A DNA stretch of 51,492 nucleotides from a virus (Duplodnaviria > Caudoviricetes): positions 1-51,492 of IMG/VR virus record IMGVR_UViG_3300008255_000015. One strand, 5' to 3'. A program made the translations under genes and the position numbers. The notes below the pieces were generated by a model. That model was not told where the DNA came from and did no database searches. It worked only from the letters and a program-made list of their open reading frames with translations. The first letter of the stretch is position 1; each line of letters starts with the position of its first letter. Positions 27,981 to 36,264 of the stretch are shown here, piece by piece.

Positions 27981-28208
27981 TCAGTCTTCCTTGAGTTCGG
28001 GCGTCGTGCCCTTCGTGGTGCGCGTTGCCCAGGCCTGGCGGATGTCATCGGCAGCCTTGGCGTCGAAGACCCAGCGGCCTCCCTTCCCCGCCCGGTCATC
28101 GGTGCGGGAGCGCAAGAAGCGCCGGAAGGACTTCGGGTCGGTGTTCAGCTCGGCGGCCAGTTCCTTGGCCGTCATGGTCACTTCGGGTGTTGCGGGCTTG
28201 GTAGCCAT
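27981..28208 (-). CDS. Small HTH DNA-binding protein (B2), paralogue of B1; alternative leaderless start at 28253
   Basis: MTAKELAAELNTDPKSFRRFLRSRTDDRAGKGGRW. Confidence 0.85.
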   Translation of the reverse strand: MATKPATPEVTMTAKELAAELNTDPKSFRRFLRSRTDDRAGKGGRWVFDAKAADDIRQAWATRTTKGTTPELKED

Positions 28209-28259
28209 TTGGGTTCCCCTTTCGGAGGTGTCAATATGATCGGTATTGATCATGAGTCA

Positions 28260-28288
28260 ATTATGCGCGTCTCCCAGAACGAAGTCAA
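28260..28288 (-). promoter_or_regulatory. Sigma-A-type promoter
   Basis: TTGACT-17-CATAAT followed by ATGATCAATACCGATCAT. Confidence 0.8.
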
Positions 28289-28444
28289 TTACTTTGTTAC
28301 AAGATCGCTCCGAGCGTTCCAGGAGTGTTACAGGAGCCTTGGTGTCGCCGCGGTCCAAACGTGTTGACATGGCCGCGCTGTTATGATATAGCCTTAGGTT
28401 CTCTGCGGTTGCGGCTAGAGCTGGATTATCTCAGAGCCTAATCC

Positions 28445-28473
28445 TTTACATCGTTCTAGCGGACGCGCATAAT
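28445..28473 (+). promoter_or_regulatory. Sigma-A-type promoter
   Basis: TTTACA-17-CATAAT. Confidence 0.78.
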
Positions 28474-28479
28474 GAGAGT

Positions 28480-28746
28480 ATGACTAATCACCTTGATCCC
28501 CACCCGGATGCCCCCTCCGAGCACTTCCACCCGAACATCGAGGCCGTGCGCCTCCAGCTCATCGCCCAAACCCTCCTCCGACTCTCCGCTGAGCTCAAGG
28601 CTCACCCGCACCTCTTCGATACGCCCGAACACATCGACTACCTGCGCCGCTGCCGCTCGGGCCTGAACAACTCGAAGAACGCGCTCGACACCTTCGTCGA
28701 GGAAGTCCGCCGCGCCAACCTCATCTCCCAAGGCTACGACGTATGA
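28480..28746 (+). CDS. Leaderless small protein (A2)
   Basis: ATG 6 nt after -10; strong GC3 bias. Confidence 0.8.
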   Translation: MTNHLDPHPDAPSEHFHPNIEAVRLQLIAQTLLRLSAELKAHPHLFDTPEHIDYLRRCRSGLNNSKNALDTFVEEVRRANLISQGYDV

Positions 28747-29374
28747 CCCGCCGCGGTTTCCTCACCCTCGCTGCGGCTGCGGTGGTTGCCATCATCTTGG
28801 AGCCCCCGTAACCCTCCGGGGGTTGTAGGTTCCAACGTGTGTGTGAGCGTCCCAATAGAGTTTCACGGTTCCGGCTAGAACTGGTCTGGTCTGGACTGGT
28901 GTCTTGGGCCCGGCCGGGTCGTACGTAGCAGACTAGTCAGAACCGTCGGCAACGTCGTTGAACAACGTCGCGGCTGGTCAGGTTTCCGAAAAGCTCTAGC
29001 TTCCTAGGTTTTTCCAGCCGTTTCCGGCCAGACCAGACTCCACCCTGTCTCTCCAGAACACAGTGACGTGGGATTTTATTGCCGGACACGGGGTGTCGAG
29101 ACTCCTCAGATCTCCCTGAAACCCATAGCCACCCTAGCTCGACTCGGACCCATTAGCCAGAATCCCAGTGTGCGAGACATCCACCCACGAGCCTCGAGAC
29201 CCATCGCAGTCACCCAATCACTCATCGCACTACTTCCCATTTCCCTACGCGATCCCTACGCGATTCTTACGCATATCCCCGAGCCTCAACGCATCACCGA
29301 TTGCAGGTCGCCAGCTTGACAGATACTCCACACCTTCGACTCGCATTCGTTCCTCACCCCCTCTATGTACACAA

Positions 29375-29480
29375 CAGTAAAGCCCCGCAATCAGACCTTC
29401 CCCACCTGGGTAATACCCCCCAAGTGTTTGAAGAGCCTTAGCCCTTCCAGGAGTGTTGGCCTAACCGCGGAGCCTTACCG
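29375..29480 (-). ncRNA. Candidate structured RNA (three-way junction)
   Basis: 23-bp closing stem with 7 G-U pairs and no mismatch, two inner hairpins; promoter-like TTGAGA-18-TATAAC upstream. Confidence 0.6.
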
Positions 29481-29498
29481 GAGCCCCGGATAGTTATA

Positions 29499-29813
29499 TC
29501 ACCCTAACTGCCCAGGTCTCAAACCCACCCCCCGTGTTTCCCCAGTCTCAGGCTTTCCCGCGTCAACGATCTTAGCCCAGAACAGTTGTCGATTGAGAGC
29601 CTTGACTACGCATCGGCGTCGAGCATAGATCCCACTCCGAGTGGGTATGTGGCATGAGTAGCAGATCTCATCCTGTCGGTGTTCCGCATTGAGAGTGTAA
29701 GGAAGACGGTCGGGTTCTTCTTGCACCCAGCATTGTATGCAGAGAGCAGCCTCAGTCCACTTCTCAGTCCCAACTTTCAGCACCTCAGATCGAATCTCCT
29801 GGTGCGCGTTCAT
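29499..29813 (-). CDS. Hypothetical Zn-binding protein
   Basis: ATGA coupling; CIQC, CYSC. Confidence 0.65.
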   Translation of the reverse strand: MNAHQEIRSEVLKVGTEKWTEAALCIQCWVQEEPDRLPYTLNAEHRQDEICYSCHIPTRSGIYARRRCVVKALNRQLFWAKIVDAGKPETGETRGVGLRPGQLG

Positions 29814-30370
29814 GAACCCCCTCCCAGCTTCTTGTCGTCTTCGATGTCACCCCAGCCAGTCTTGAACCCTTCACCCAGAGCTTTGAGTTCCTCCCCCAGC
29901 TTCCTTCCAGCCTCGAACCCCTTCTGCCTCATCGCCTCTGCTTCTGCCTCCCTGTTCCGGTCCTTCGGCTGCATGTTAGCCATGTTGGTGAGCCCATAGC
30001 TCGGATGAGACAAGAGCTTCAGCTCCTCCTCGTAGTGAACTGAGGCGATTCGTTTCCCCACTTCAGAGTGAGTGTCATAGGTCAGCCAAGCCTGAGGAAT
30101 ATCCTCGCCCTCCTGGCAGGTGAACCAGTCGATGATCCAGATGTTCGGGAAAGCATTGTTCCTGTGCATCACCAGAGCCTGGAACTTAGCGCAGTGCAAG
30201 TCGTAGGTGTAGACTCGCAGGTTGCCATGCAGAGCAGCAGGCAGATCACCCCCGTCCGAAGTGTGTGTCATGACGTGAGCGGGACATGTGTCATTGATCA
30301 TCGTCCTCAGCACAATCTCGGGAGCAAGGTCACCCCCCTCCGCCAGTCCGTAGTATCGTGCCTGTGCCAT
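29810..30370 (-). CDS. Hypothetical protein
   Basis: TGATG coupling. Confidence 0.7.
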   Translation of the reverse strand: MAQARYYGLAEGGDLAPEIVLRTMINDTCPAHVMTHTSDGGDLPAALHGNLRVYTYDLHCAKFQALVMHRNNAFPNIWIIDWFTCQEGEDIPQAWLTYDTHSEVGKRIASVHYEEELKLLSHPSYGLTNMANMQPKDRNREAEAEAMRQKGFEAGRKLGEELKALGEGFKTGWGDIEDDKKLGGGS

Positions 30371-30645
30371 CAGAGCGCCTCAGCAGCCTTGCTCAGTGCA
30401 CGATCAACCCCGGACAAGATGACCATGACCTCAGCCTTGGCAGCGGTGAGCGTTGGGAATTCCCCCACCACCCTCTTGGCCTTGCCCTTGCGCTTCCGAG
30501 TCAGGATCCATTTCCCGGTCGGCTTCACGACCCCGCCACCTTTCGGTGTCATCTCCTTGGTCACCTTGAACTTGCCCGCAGAGCCCGTCTTCAGTGTGTA
30601 GACCCCGGTCTCAGGGTCCCGCTTCCATTCAGCAGTTGTGGTCAT
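30370..30645 (-). CDS. Small basic hypothetical protein
   Basis: GGAAAGGGGCA RBS after promoter. Confidence 0.75.
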   Translation of the reverse strand: MTTTAEWKRDPETGVYTLKTGSAGKFKVTKEMTPKGGGVVKPTGKWILTRKRKGKAKRVVGEFPTLTAAKAEVMVILSGVDRALSKAAEAL

Positions 30646-30688
30646 GTGTGCCCCTTTCCTTGTTGTTTGATCGATTGATCATAGTGGT

Positions 30689-30717
30689 ATTCTATCAACC
30701 CGTTCTACCGGCGTCAA
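30689..30717 (-). promoter_or_regulatory. Sigma-A-type promoter
   Basis: TTGACG-17-TAGAAT, then ATGATCAATCGATCA. Confidence 0.8.
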
Positions 30718-30745
30718 TTTGCCCGTTCTTCTTTGTTCCACCACT

Positions 30746-31345
30746 TCAGACCTTTGTACCGCACCCTGGGCAGAACCGCCATTCGGGTTGCATGAACCTT
30801 CCGCATCGACTCCCGCTGCATTTTCTCCCACCCCTCTTCAACTTACCCTTCTCCCCGTCCTTTCTGCGGTTCGCCATGTCCTCCATCTCCCGGTCAATTC
30901 TTAGGCTGAGGTCGTCGAGGGCCTTGTCTACTGCAGCCTTAATCGCCAGCGCATCGTCTGGTCCGAGGAAGGTGTGTGAAGGTCGCCACTTCTTGCCCCC
31001 TCCCTGTGCCTGCAGCCCTGACTCTGACCCGAGTACGATGCCGTTTGCCTTCCCTGTTGCCCGCCCGGCGGATTTGTCCCGTTCAATGCCTGTGCCCGAT
31101 ACTGCTGAGAGTTGGCCGGTGAGAGCGGTGTTGAAGATGAGCTCGTAAGAAGCAACGAAGCGGTCGGGGAGGCAGTAGATCAGCTCGACTCCCACCCGCC
31201 CTCGGTCCATGCCTGCGTAGCCTGAGGTCTTGCCTTGGAGTTTGTTGGTGATCTCCGTTAGCATGTCCCGCTTACCACGGAGGTATGGGTCGCTGTCTTT
31301 GATGGTTCCCGTATAAGGCAACTTAAAGTCTGATGTATCGGTCAT
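30746..31345 (-). CDS. Hypothetical protein with C-terminal zinc ribbon
   Basis: CSGSRCGR...RFCPGCG. Confidence 0.75.
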   Translation of the reverse strand: MTDTSDFKLPYTGTIKDSDPYLRGKRDMLTEITNKLQGKTSGYAGMDRGRVGVELIYCLPDRFVASYELIFNTALTGQLSAVSGTGIERDKSAGRATGKANGIVLGSESGLQAQGGGKKWRPSHTFLGPDDALAIKAAVDKALDDLSLRIDREMEDMANRRKDGEKGKLKRGGRKCSGSRCGRFMQPEWRFCPGCGTKV

Positions 31346-31602
31346 AATGTAACCACGTCCTTCATGTCTTGGGTGCTCTGTGTTTGTATGATCGAGCATT
31401 CAGTGAGTATCACGTCAGTATTGGTAGTGACGCAAATAGCAGTCACATACCACTTTACATGATGCCTCTGAATACTCTCACTATGATGTGCTCTAGTCGA
31501 TCGCCTTATGGTCGACCCCGTATTTATCAAGTGCTTTCTTGATGCTTCGGCAACTTTCTTGTAGGATGGGCCCCGGTGACCCGTACATCGGATAGCTGTC
31601 AT
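31342..31602 (-). CDS. Hypothetical protein, atypical AT-richer composition
   Basis: ATGA coupling at both ends but poor codon bias. Confidence 0.4.
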   Translation of the reverse strand: MTAIRCTGHRGPSYKKVAEASRKHLINTGSTIRRSTRAHHSESIQRHHVKWYVTAICVTTNTDVILTECSIIQTQSTQDMKDVVTL

Positions 31603-33680
31603 TTCTCGACCAACTGATACTCGACGGTGTTTTGGGTGCCCTTGCGGTGACCCTCTCGCTTTGTAACCCATCCTCCTTGCTCTCCCCGCTCGAGGGCGTT
31701 CCAGGCAGCCTGTTTGCTTACTCCTGCGGTTTCGGTGATCTTGTTAAGGTCGTGCCAACCGGCCCCGAGCTCATCGAGCGCTGCGATCGTCTTATTCCGT
31801 GGGCGCTTTGGAGCGGTCCCTCGGACGCTTGGGCCATCGACGCCATATGGTTGGGTCACATCGCCGCTCCCCTTGCGCTCGGAACCGTCTCGGGTTGCGT
31901 CATCATCCATCTCCATCGGGTTGACGGTGACGGCGGGTTCCCACTTCTTGTTGCGGATGTGAGAGATCTTGAAGCCCGGCACAGGAGCAGACTTGGATTC
32001 CTGTTCGCAGATAACATCTCCTCCTCGGCCCAGTCGGAAGTACATGGAGTCTTCAGACCAGGCATGGTTGGCAACTGACCCGAGCAGGAGCTGCCCGCCT
32101 CGTTGTGGATTCCGTGGGTCCCCCTTCTTCATGTGGTGCACCACCTGGATGGCGCAGTTGTGTTTGCGGGCGAGCTGCTTGAGTGGCTTGAAGATGTGCT
32201 CGGTCATCGCTTGGGCCTTGTTCTCCTCGACATCACCAGCCATCATCATGAGCGGGTCCATGACGAGCAGTCGATACTCCCCGTTGCCGAGGGTGTCGTC
32301 AAGCCATGACTGCCAGCCGTTGTCGCTGATCGAGAATCCCTGGCCAATGTAGGCGTCGATTGGGGGGTTCTCCTCGACCTCCTTGCCAGGCAGCCACACA
32401 ATGCTTCCATCGGGGTCGATTGCGATCTTGTCGCCCAGCTTGCTTGGCCAGATCTTACCGAGTCGCGTCTTCACCAGGCTGGGTGAGTCCTCCTCTTGGA
32501 TGTATAGGACCGGCCCCGGATGCTCAACGTGGAAGTGACCCAGGAAGGGTTGACCCGATGCCACCGAGAGAGCGAGGTCGAAGGCGGACCAGCTCTTGAA
32601 GGACTTAGGTTGACCAGCGATGAAGCCCACTGCTCCCTCTGTCAGGACATCGCGTACCAACCAGCGGGGTGCCTTGATCGTTCTTACGAGTTCGAATAGA
32701 TTAGTGGGCGCATCTCGTTCTCGGAACTCCTCCGCAAGTGCGGCTTCTGTTTCTGGAGTACGAAGCCCGACTGCCTTGGTAGCCTCAATAGTAAGGCGAT
32801 CCAACTCGTCGTGGCGACCTTTGAACTTATTCCATACTGTAGCTCTGACCACGGCGACGATTTCGACAACAGAACATCCAGCGTCAGCCAACTCACGTTC
32901 GATTTCCCAAAGTACGTCAGAGCGATCACCTGCCACTTCCCTAGCCCCGACCAACTCACGTACGCGTTTCGAGACCTTGAGTCGAACTCTACCCCACACC
33001 TCATGCCGATCGATCCGGTCGAGTTCTTCCTCGACAAGCTCGGTAACAACGTTGGAGTCAGCCACCTTAGGTAGGTCGTTGAATTCGTCAACGAGATAAC
33101 GACGACCAGTCTTGGTGATGAGTCGTCCGTGGGCTGGTTCTCCATCTTCACTCCTGTATTCTGGTTTATGGTTGTCCCAGCCCGGGATTCTTAGCAGCTG
33201 AGTGGAGTCCCAGCCTGACTGGTCAGCTCCGATGTGATAGGTTAGTGCCTGGTTCTCTCGGCCTGGCCAAGATGCACCCTGAATGTCTCCGCCGGAGATG
33301 AGCCAGAGTGCTTGGAATCGCCCCGGTGATGTTTCCCAAGCGATGGTTGGGGGGTAATCCTGGATGTCTTTCGGATTCGCCTCGTCGAGGTCAGCCCAGA
33401 GGCAGTGCTCGTCCATGGCATCCATGAGTCGGCGCTTCGGCTTTTCGAAGAGGTTCGGGCACCAGTAGACATCATTGTGTTTATTGCGGTTGAGGTGATC
33501 GATGATCTTCTGTCGATCGTGCGGCCAGTGGAAAGCAGGTCCTTCGCTGTAGCTTTGGATCCTTTCCTGTTTGTCGGCCGCGTCGCCTCGAATGGTGGGA
33601 AAGAAGCAGTAGCCGTCTTGCTTACCCCATGCTTTGGATATGAGACTAAGCTGTTCGGCAGTGCTTAACTGTGTTGCCAC
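31599..33680 (-). CDS. Primase-helicase (RepB-like primase, RepA/AAA_25 helicase, C-terminal HTH)
   Basis: LWADLD, ETSPGRFQALW, LLRIPG.NHK; GQPKSFKS, VLYIQEED, LLVMDPL, VVHHMKK. Confidence 0.9.
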   Translation of the reverse strand: MATQLSTAEQLSLISKAWGKQDGYCFFPTIRGDAADKQERIQSYSEGPAFHWPHDRQKIIDHLNRNKHNDVYWCPNLFEKPKRRLMDAMDEHCLWADLDEANPKDIQDYPPTIAWETSPGRFQALWLISGGDIQGASWPGRENQALTYHIGADQSGWDSTQLLRIPGWDNHKPEYRSEDGEPAHGRLITKTGRRYLVDEFNDLPKVADSNVVTELVEEELDRIDRHEVWGRVRLKVSKRVRELVGAREVAGDRSDVLWEIERELADAGCSVVEIVAVVRATVWNKFKGRHDELDRLTIEATKAVGLRTPETEAALAEEFRERDAPTNLFELVRTIKAPRWLVRDVLTEGAVGFIAGQPKSFKSWSAFDLALSVASGQPFLGHFHVEHPGPVLYIQEEDSPSLVKTRLGKIWPSKLGDKIAIDPDGSIVWLPGKEVEENPPIDAYIGQGFSISDNGWQSWLDDTLGNGEYRLLVMDPLMMMAGDVEENKAQAMTEHIFKPLKQLARKHNCAIQVVHHMKKGDPRNPQRGGQLLLGSVANHAWSEDSMYFRLGRGGDVICEQESKSAPVPGFKISHIRNKKWEPAVTVNPMEMDDDATRDGSERKGSGDVTQPYGVDGPSVRGTAPKRPRNKTIAALDELGAGWHDLNKITETAGVSKQAAWNALERGEQGGWVTKREGHRKGTQNTVEYQLVEK

Positions 33681-33722
33681 TAGGCCCCTTTCTTCAAGTG
33701 TTGTTGCATCAAGTGAAGTATC

Positions 33723-33751
33723 ACTTTATCAACAGGATCTTGATGATGCAA
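33723..33751 (-). promoter_or_regulatory. Sigma-A-type promoter
   Basis: TTGCAT-17-TAAAGT with extended TG. Confidence 0.6.
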
Positions 33752-33891
33752 ATACCGCAATCCTGGGTTAATCCCTAGGTCTTGGGGTTATGCTTGATTC
33801 ATCATCGATCGAGCGATCGCTGCCCATCGAACTCGGGTTAAATGGGAGCGCTTCTTGATCATCTCCGCATCGATTGATCGAGCGCACTGCT

Positions 33892-34086
33892 TCACCCTCG
33901 GTCATATGCGGTGACCCCATCATACATGTCGGGCCTCGAGACCATCGGACCCTGCTTGTGCGAGGTGTGGACGATAACCTTGGCCTTGTCGATCAAGCGC
34001 CAGTCCGCCTCAACACATGCTACACAATAGTCGGATTCCCGTTCGGGGTGAATGTCATGGTCGCAAACCTTGCATCGTTTCAGCAT
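33892..34086 (-). CDS. Leaderless small Zn-finger protein
   Basis: CKVC...CVAC; ATG 6 nt after TATGAT (TTGATT-18-TATGAT at 34093-34122). Confidence 0.7.
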   Translation of the reverse strand: MLKRCKVCDHDIHPERESDYCVACVEADWRLIDKAKVIVHTSHKQGPMVSRPDMYDGVTAYDRG

Positions 34087-34118
34087 ACCAGCATCATATC
34101 AGAACGTGGTCAACCAAA

Positions 34119-34325
34119 TCAAGCCTGGTTGTGACCGGGGGATGCTTCGGCGAACTCGAACCCGAGGGGGTATTGGATTCGTTTGCGGTGGCCGGGCTCG
34201 GTGACCCGCTCCATGATGAACTCTCGGCTCATCGTCCGATGCTCAAGGATCTTCCACACCTTGCCCTCGAGCTTGACCAGATCACCGGGTCGGGCAGCAA
34301 CAGCTGCAAGTCGTCGAACACTCAT
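34119..34325 (-). CDS. Hypothetical protein
   Basis: ATGA coupling. Confidence 0.55.
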   Translation of the reverse strand: MSVRRLAAVAARPGDLVKLEGKVWKILEHRTMSREFIMERVTEPGHRKRIQYPLGFEFAEASPGHNQA

Positions 34326-34399
34326 CGCTGCCTCTGGAACCACATCGCAGAGTAAACGATGATGAAGCCTGTGAGCCCCCACATGATGTATTCCCCCAT
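34322..34399 (-). CDS. 25-aa membrane peptide (not in ORF track)
   Basis: Coupled at both ends; MGEYIMWGLTGFIIVYSAMWFQRQR. Confidence 0.55.
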   Translation of the reverse strand: MGEYIMWGLTGFIIVYSAMWFQRQR

Positions 34400-34680
34400 C
34401 AGTCCTCGTCCTCTTCACCGAGGTCGGCCCAGAACTTCTTGTTGCATTCGCCGGGGTGAAGCCCGGTCATCATCAGTTCCCGTTCCTCGGGTGTAAGGTT
34501 GGGGAAGACGTTCTGAATGTACTCGCCCCGTTGGAAGTAGCGGAAGTACTGCGACCCGTCGAGAGTGAGGTGGGTGCCCTTCTTGCAGACGAAGCAGGGC
34601 GGAATGAGGCGGTGCCTTTCGGTCACCTCGTAGGTATCTGATGAGTCGCCACTCAGGTCGATCTTAACGAAGTCGGTCAT
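34399..34680 (-). CDS. Hypothetical protein
   Basis: CFVC...IQNVFPNLTPEERELMMTGLHPGEC pattern seen in small phage proteins. Confidence 0.7.
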   Translation of the reverse strand: MTDFVKIDLSGDSSDTYEVTERHRLIPPCFVCKKGTHLTLDGSQYFRYFQRGEYIQNVFPNLTPEERELMMTGLHPGECNKKFWADLGEEDED

Positions 34681-34849
34681 CTTCATGCTCCTTGTATTTG
34701 TCTAGGGTTTTGCGGGGGACTGGTGGAACTTGAGGCGGGCGGTGATTCTTGCCGAAGTAGATAAACACCTCGACAAAGACCCAGATCATGACGAAGCCAA
34801 AGACAGCCAGCCCGCTTTCGATGAACCCCGAAGAAGCTATGAGCCCCAT
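34664..34849 (-). CDS. Small membrane protein
   Basis: Single TM helix. Confidence 0.6.
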   Translation of the reverse strand: MGLIASSGFIESGLAVFGFVMIWVFVEVFIYFGKNHRPPQVPPVPRKTLDKYKEHEDDRLR

Positions 34850-35043
34850 CGGTCGCAGCCATCTTCGTCATCCATGCAGATGGCAATGTCGCAGAGGTGA
34901 TCGGCGCAGATCTCGAGGGCATCTGCCAGTTCAACCCGCCAGTCAGGTGGGAGGTACGGGGCGAGCTCTTCGTAAACGGCGTATTGATCCGTGTCATCGT
35001 CAGAGACCAGAGCCTCTGCGAAGTTCGCAATAACCGAGATCAC
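34837..35043 (-). CDS. Hypothetical acidic Cys-rich protein
   Basis: GTGA coupling; EICADHLCDIAICMDD. Confidence 0.6.
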   Translation of the reverse strand: MISVIANFAEALVSDDDTDQYAVYEELAPYLPPDWRVELADALEICADHLCDIAICMDDEDGCDRWGS

Positions 35044-35234
35044 CGGCGCTCCTTCATCCACTTCAGCATCTGACCCAGCATGTCATGTGTGGCTGCTGTC
35101 GCTTGAAGTTGAGCGGCAGCCAAGACTCGAGGATCACCGGATGCGATGGCAGCTCGTGCGATGTCATCAACGTGGTAAACACGTTGGTCAATCTCTTCGT
35201 TTGTGATGGTAAAGTCATCGTGTTTGAAGCCCAT
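35040..35234 (-). CDS. Hypothetical protein
   Basis: GAAAGGGGCA RBS after promoter. Confidence 0.7.
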   Translation of the reverse strand: MGFKHDDFTITNEEIDQRVYHVDDIARAAIASGDPRVLAAAQLQATAATHDMLGQMLKWMKERR

Positions 35235-35277
35235 GTTGCCCCTTTCGGTGTCGAGATGATCGATTGATCATGGGTTA

Positions 35278-35306
35278 ATTCTATCAACCCAGCATCTGCG
35301 AGTCAA
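35278..35306 (-). promoter_or_regulatory. Sigma-A-type promoter
   Basis: TTGACT-17-TAGAAT, then ATGATCAATCGATCAT. Confidence 0.8.
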
Positions 35307-35496
35307 CAGCTGCAGGAGCGATCAAGTCGAAGATCTGTTCGTAGTAGACAGCTCGGTCAGGCTTGCCGATAGCCCATTCGACTGAGTACTTGTGAGACTT
35401 CCCGTCGACTGTTGAGGGGTAGACCGCAGTGATTCGAGCCTGCCCATGATAACAGACAACCTCATCGCCAACCTGGAATTTCGGGGGAGCGATCAC
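35284..35496 (-). CDS. Small SH3/KOW-like hypothetical protein
   Basis: PKFQVGDEV motif. Confidence 0.6.
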   Translation of the reverse strand: MIAPPKFQVGDEVVCYHGQARITAVYPSTVDGKSHKYSVEWAIGKPDRAVYYEQIFDLIAPAAVDSQMLG

Positions 35497-35498
35497 TG

Positions 35499-35792
35499 TC
35501 AGGCCCTGACAGCCCTGAGAGCAGTCTCATGGAGAAAGTGACGGCGAAGGCGAACCCCATAGGCGTATATCGCCATGTCCTCTTGGGAAAGCCCGAAGTA
35601 GTCTCCAACTTCAGCATCCCATTCTCGTTGATCTTCGTCCTTGTAGATGTTCCACACAACATACTCGGGTCGAAGAGAGTTCTCGCCCTTGAGCGCCAGG
35701 ACTAACCCTCTGTGTGGGGGCATGCCCGGTTGAGCAGTGTAGTCAATCGAGGCTCGAAGAACTCGGGCCCCGTTGGCAAGCTGGATAGTCAC
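35499..35792 (-). CDS. Hypothetical protein
   Basis: GTGA coupling, GGAGG RBS. Confidence 0.65.
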   Translation of the reverse strand: MTIQLANGARVLRASIDYTAQPGMPPHRGLVLALKGENSLRPEYVVWNIYKDEDQREWDAEVGDYFGLSQEDMAIYAYGVRLRRHFLHETALRAVRA

Positions 35793-36088
35793 TCGTAATC
35801 CTCCTCGTGGAATGGCGTGTCGCCATAGTGGTCACCGGGTAGCTCGGGTGCTCCCGCCCGGATCTTCTGGCCGAAGGCGTTGTACCTTTGGCGAGACTCG
35901 TTGCGCTCCTTGTCGCCGTTGCAGATCATGCAGTTGTCGTTACCGCAGTCGCAATCTTCTTCGTCGAAGTAGTCGTCACGATCGTAGAAGTCATCTTGGT
36001 CGATCTGGCCTTCATCCCCATAGACGATATCGTAGTGACCGCAGCAGGGATAATCCTCGCACTGGCAGTCAGAGTACTTGACCTGCAT
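35789..36088 (-). CDS. Acidic Cys-rich protein
   Basis: CQCEDYPCCGH and CDCGNDNCMIC. Confidence 0.7.
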   Translation of the reverse strand: MQVKYSDCQCEDYPCCGHYDIVYGDEGQIDQDDFYDRDDYFDEEDCDCGNDNCMICNGDKERNESRQRYNAFGQKIRAGAPELPGDHYGDTPFHEEDYE

Positions 36089-36264
36089 TACTTCTTCACC
36101 CTTTCGTTGGTGAGTCCATCGGACTCAGGATAGCCGTGTTCATGAAGGTGACCCTCGCACATGTTAGCCCAGGGCCCGTGTATGGTCTTACCGTCGTACT
36201 TCCCAGACTCAGGACAGAAGTCGCATGATGGGAAGGGGTAGGGCCAGTCGATCTTGCGGGTCAC
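36088..36264 (-). CDS. 58-aa Zn-binding protein (not in ORF track)
   Basis: Coupled at both ends; CDFC...YDGKTIHGPWANMCEGH. Confidence 0.7.
   Translation of the reverse strand: MTRKIDWPYPFPSCDFCPESGKYDGKTIHGPWANMCEGHLHEHGYPESDGLTNERVKK

Noticed and set aside
28245-28271. dif-like Xer site (GCGCATAA...ATGATCAAT)
   Set aside because: Central spacer is 5 bp, not 6; explained by the -10 element plus the +1 motif
28860-28873. parS site
   Set aside because: Only the half-site GTTTCACG is present
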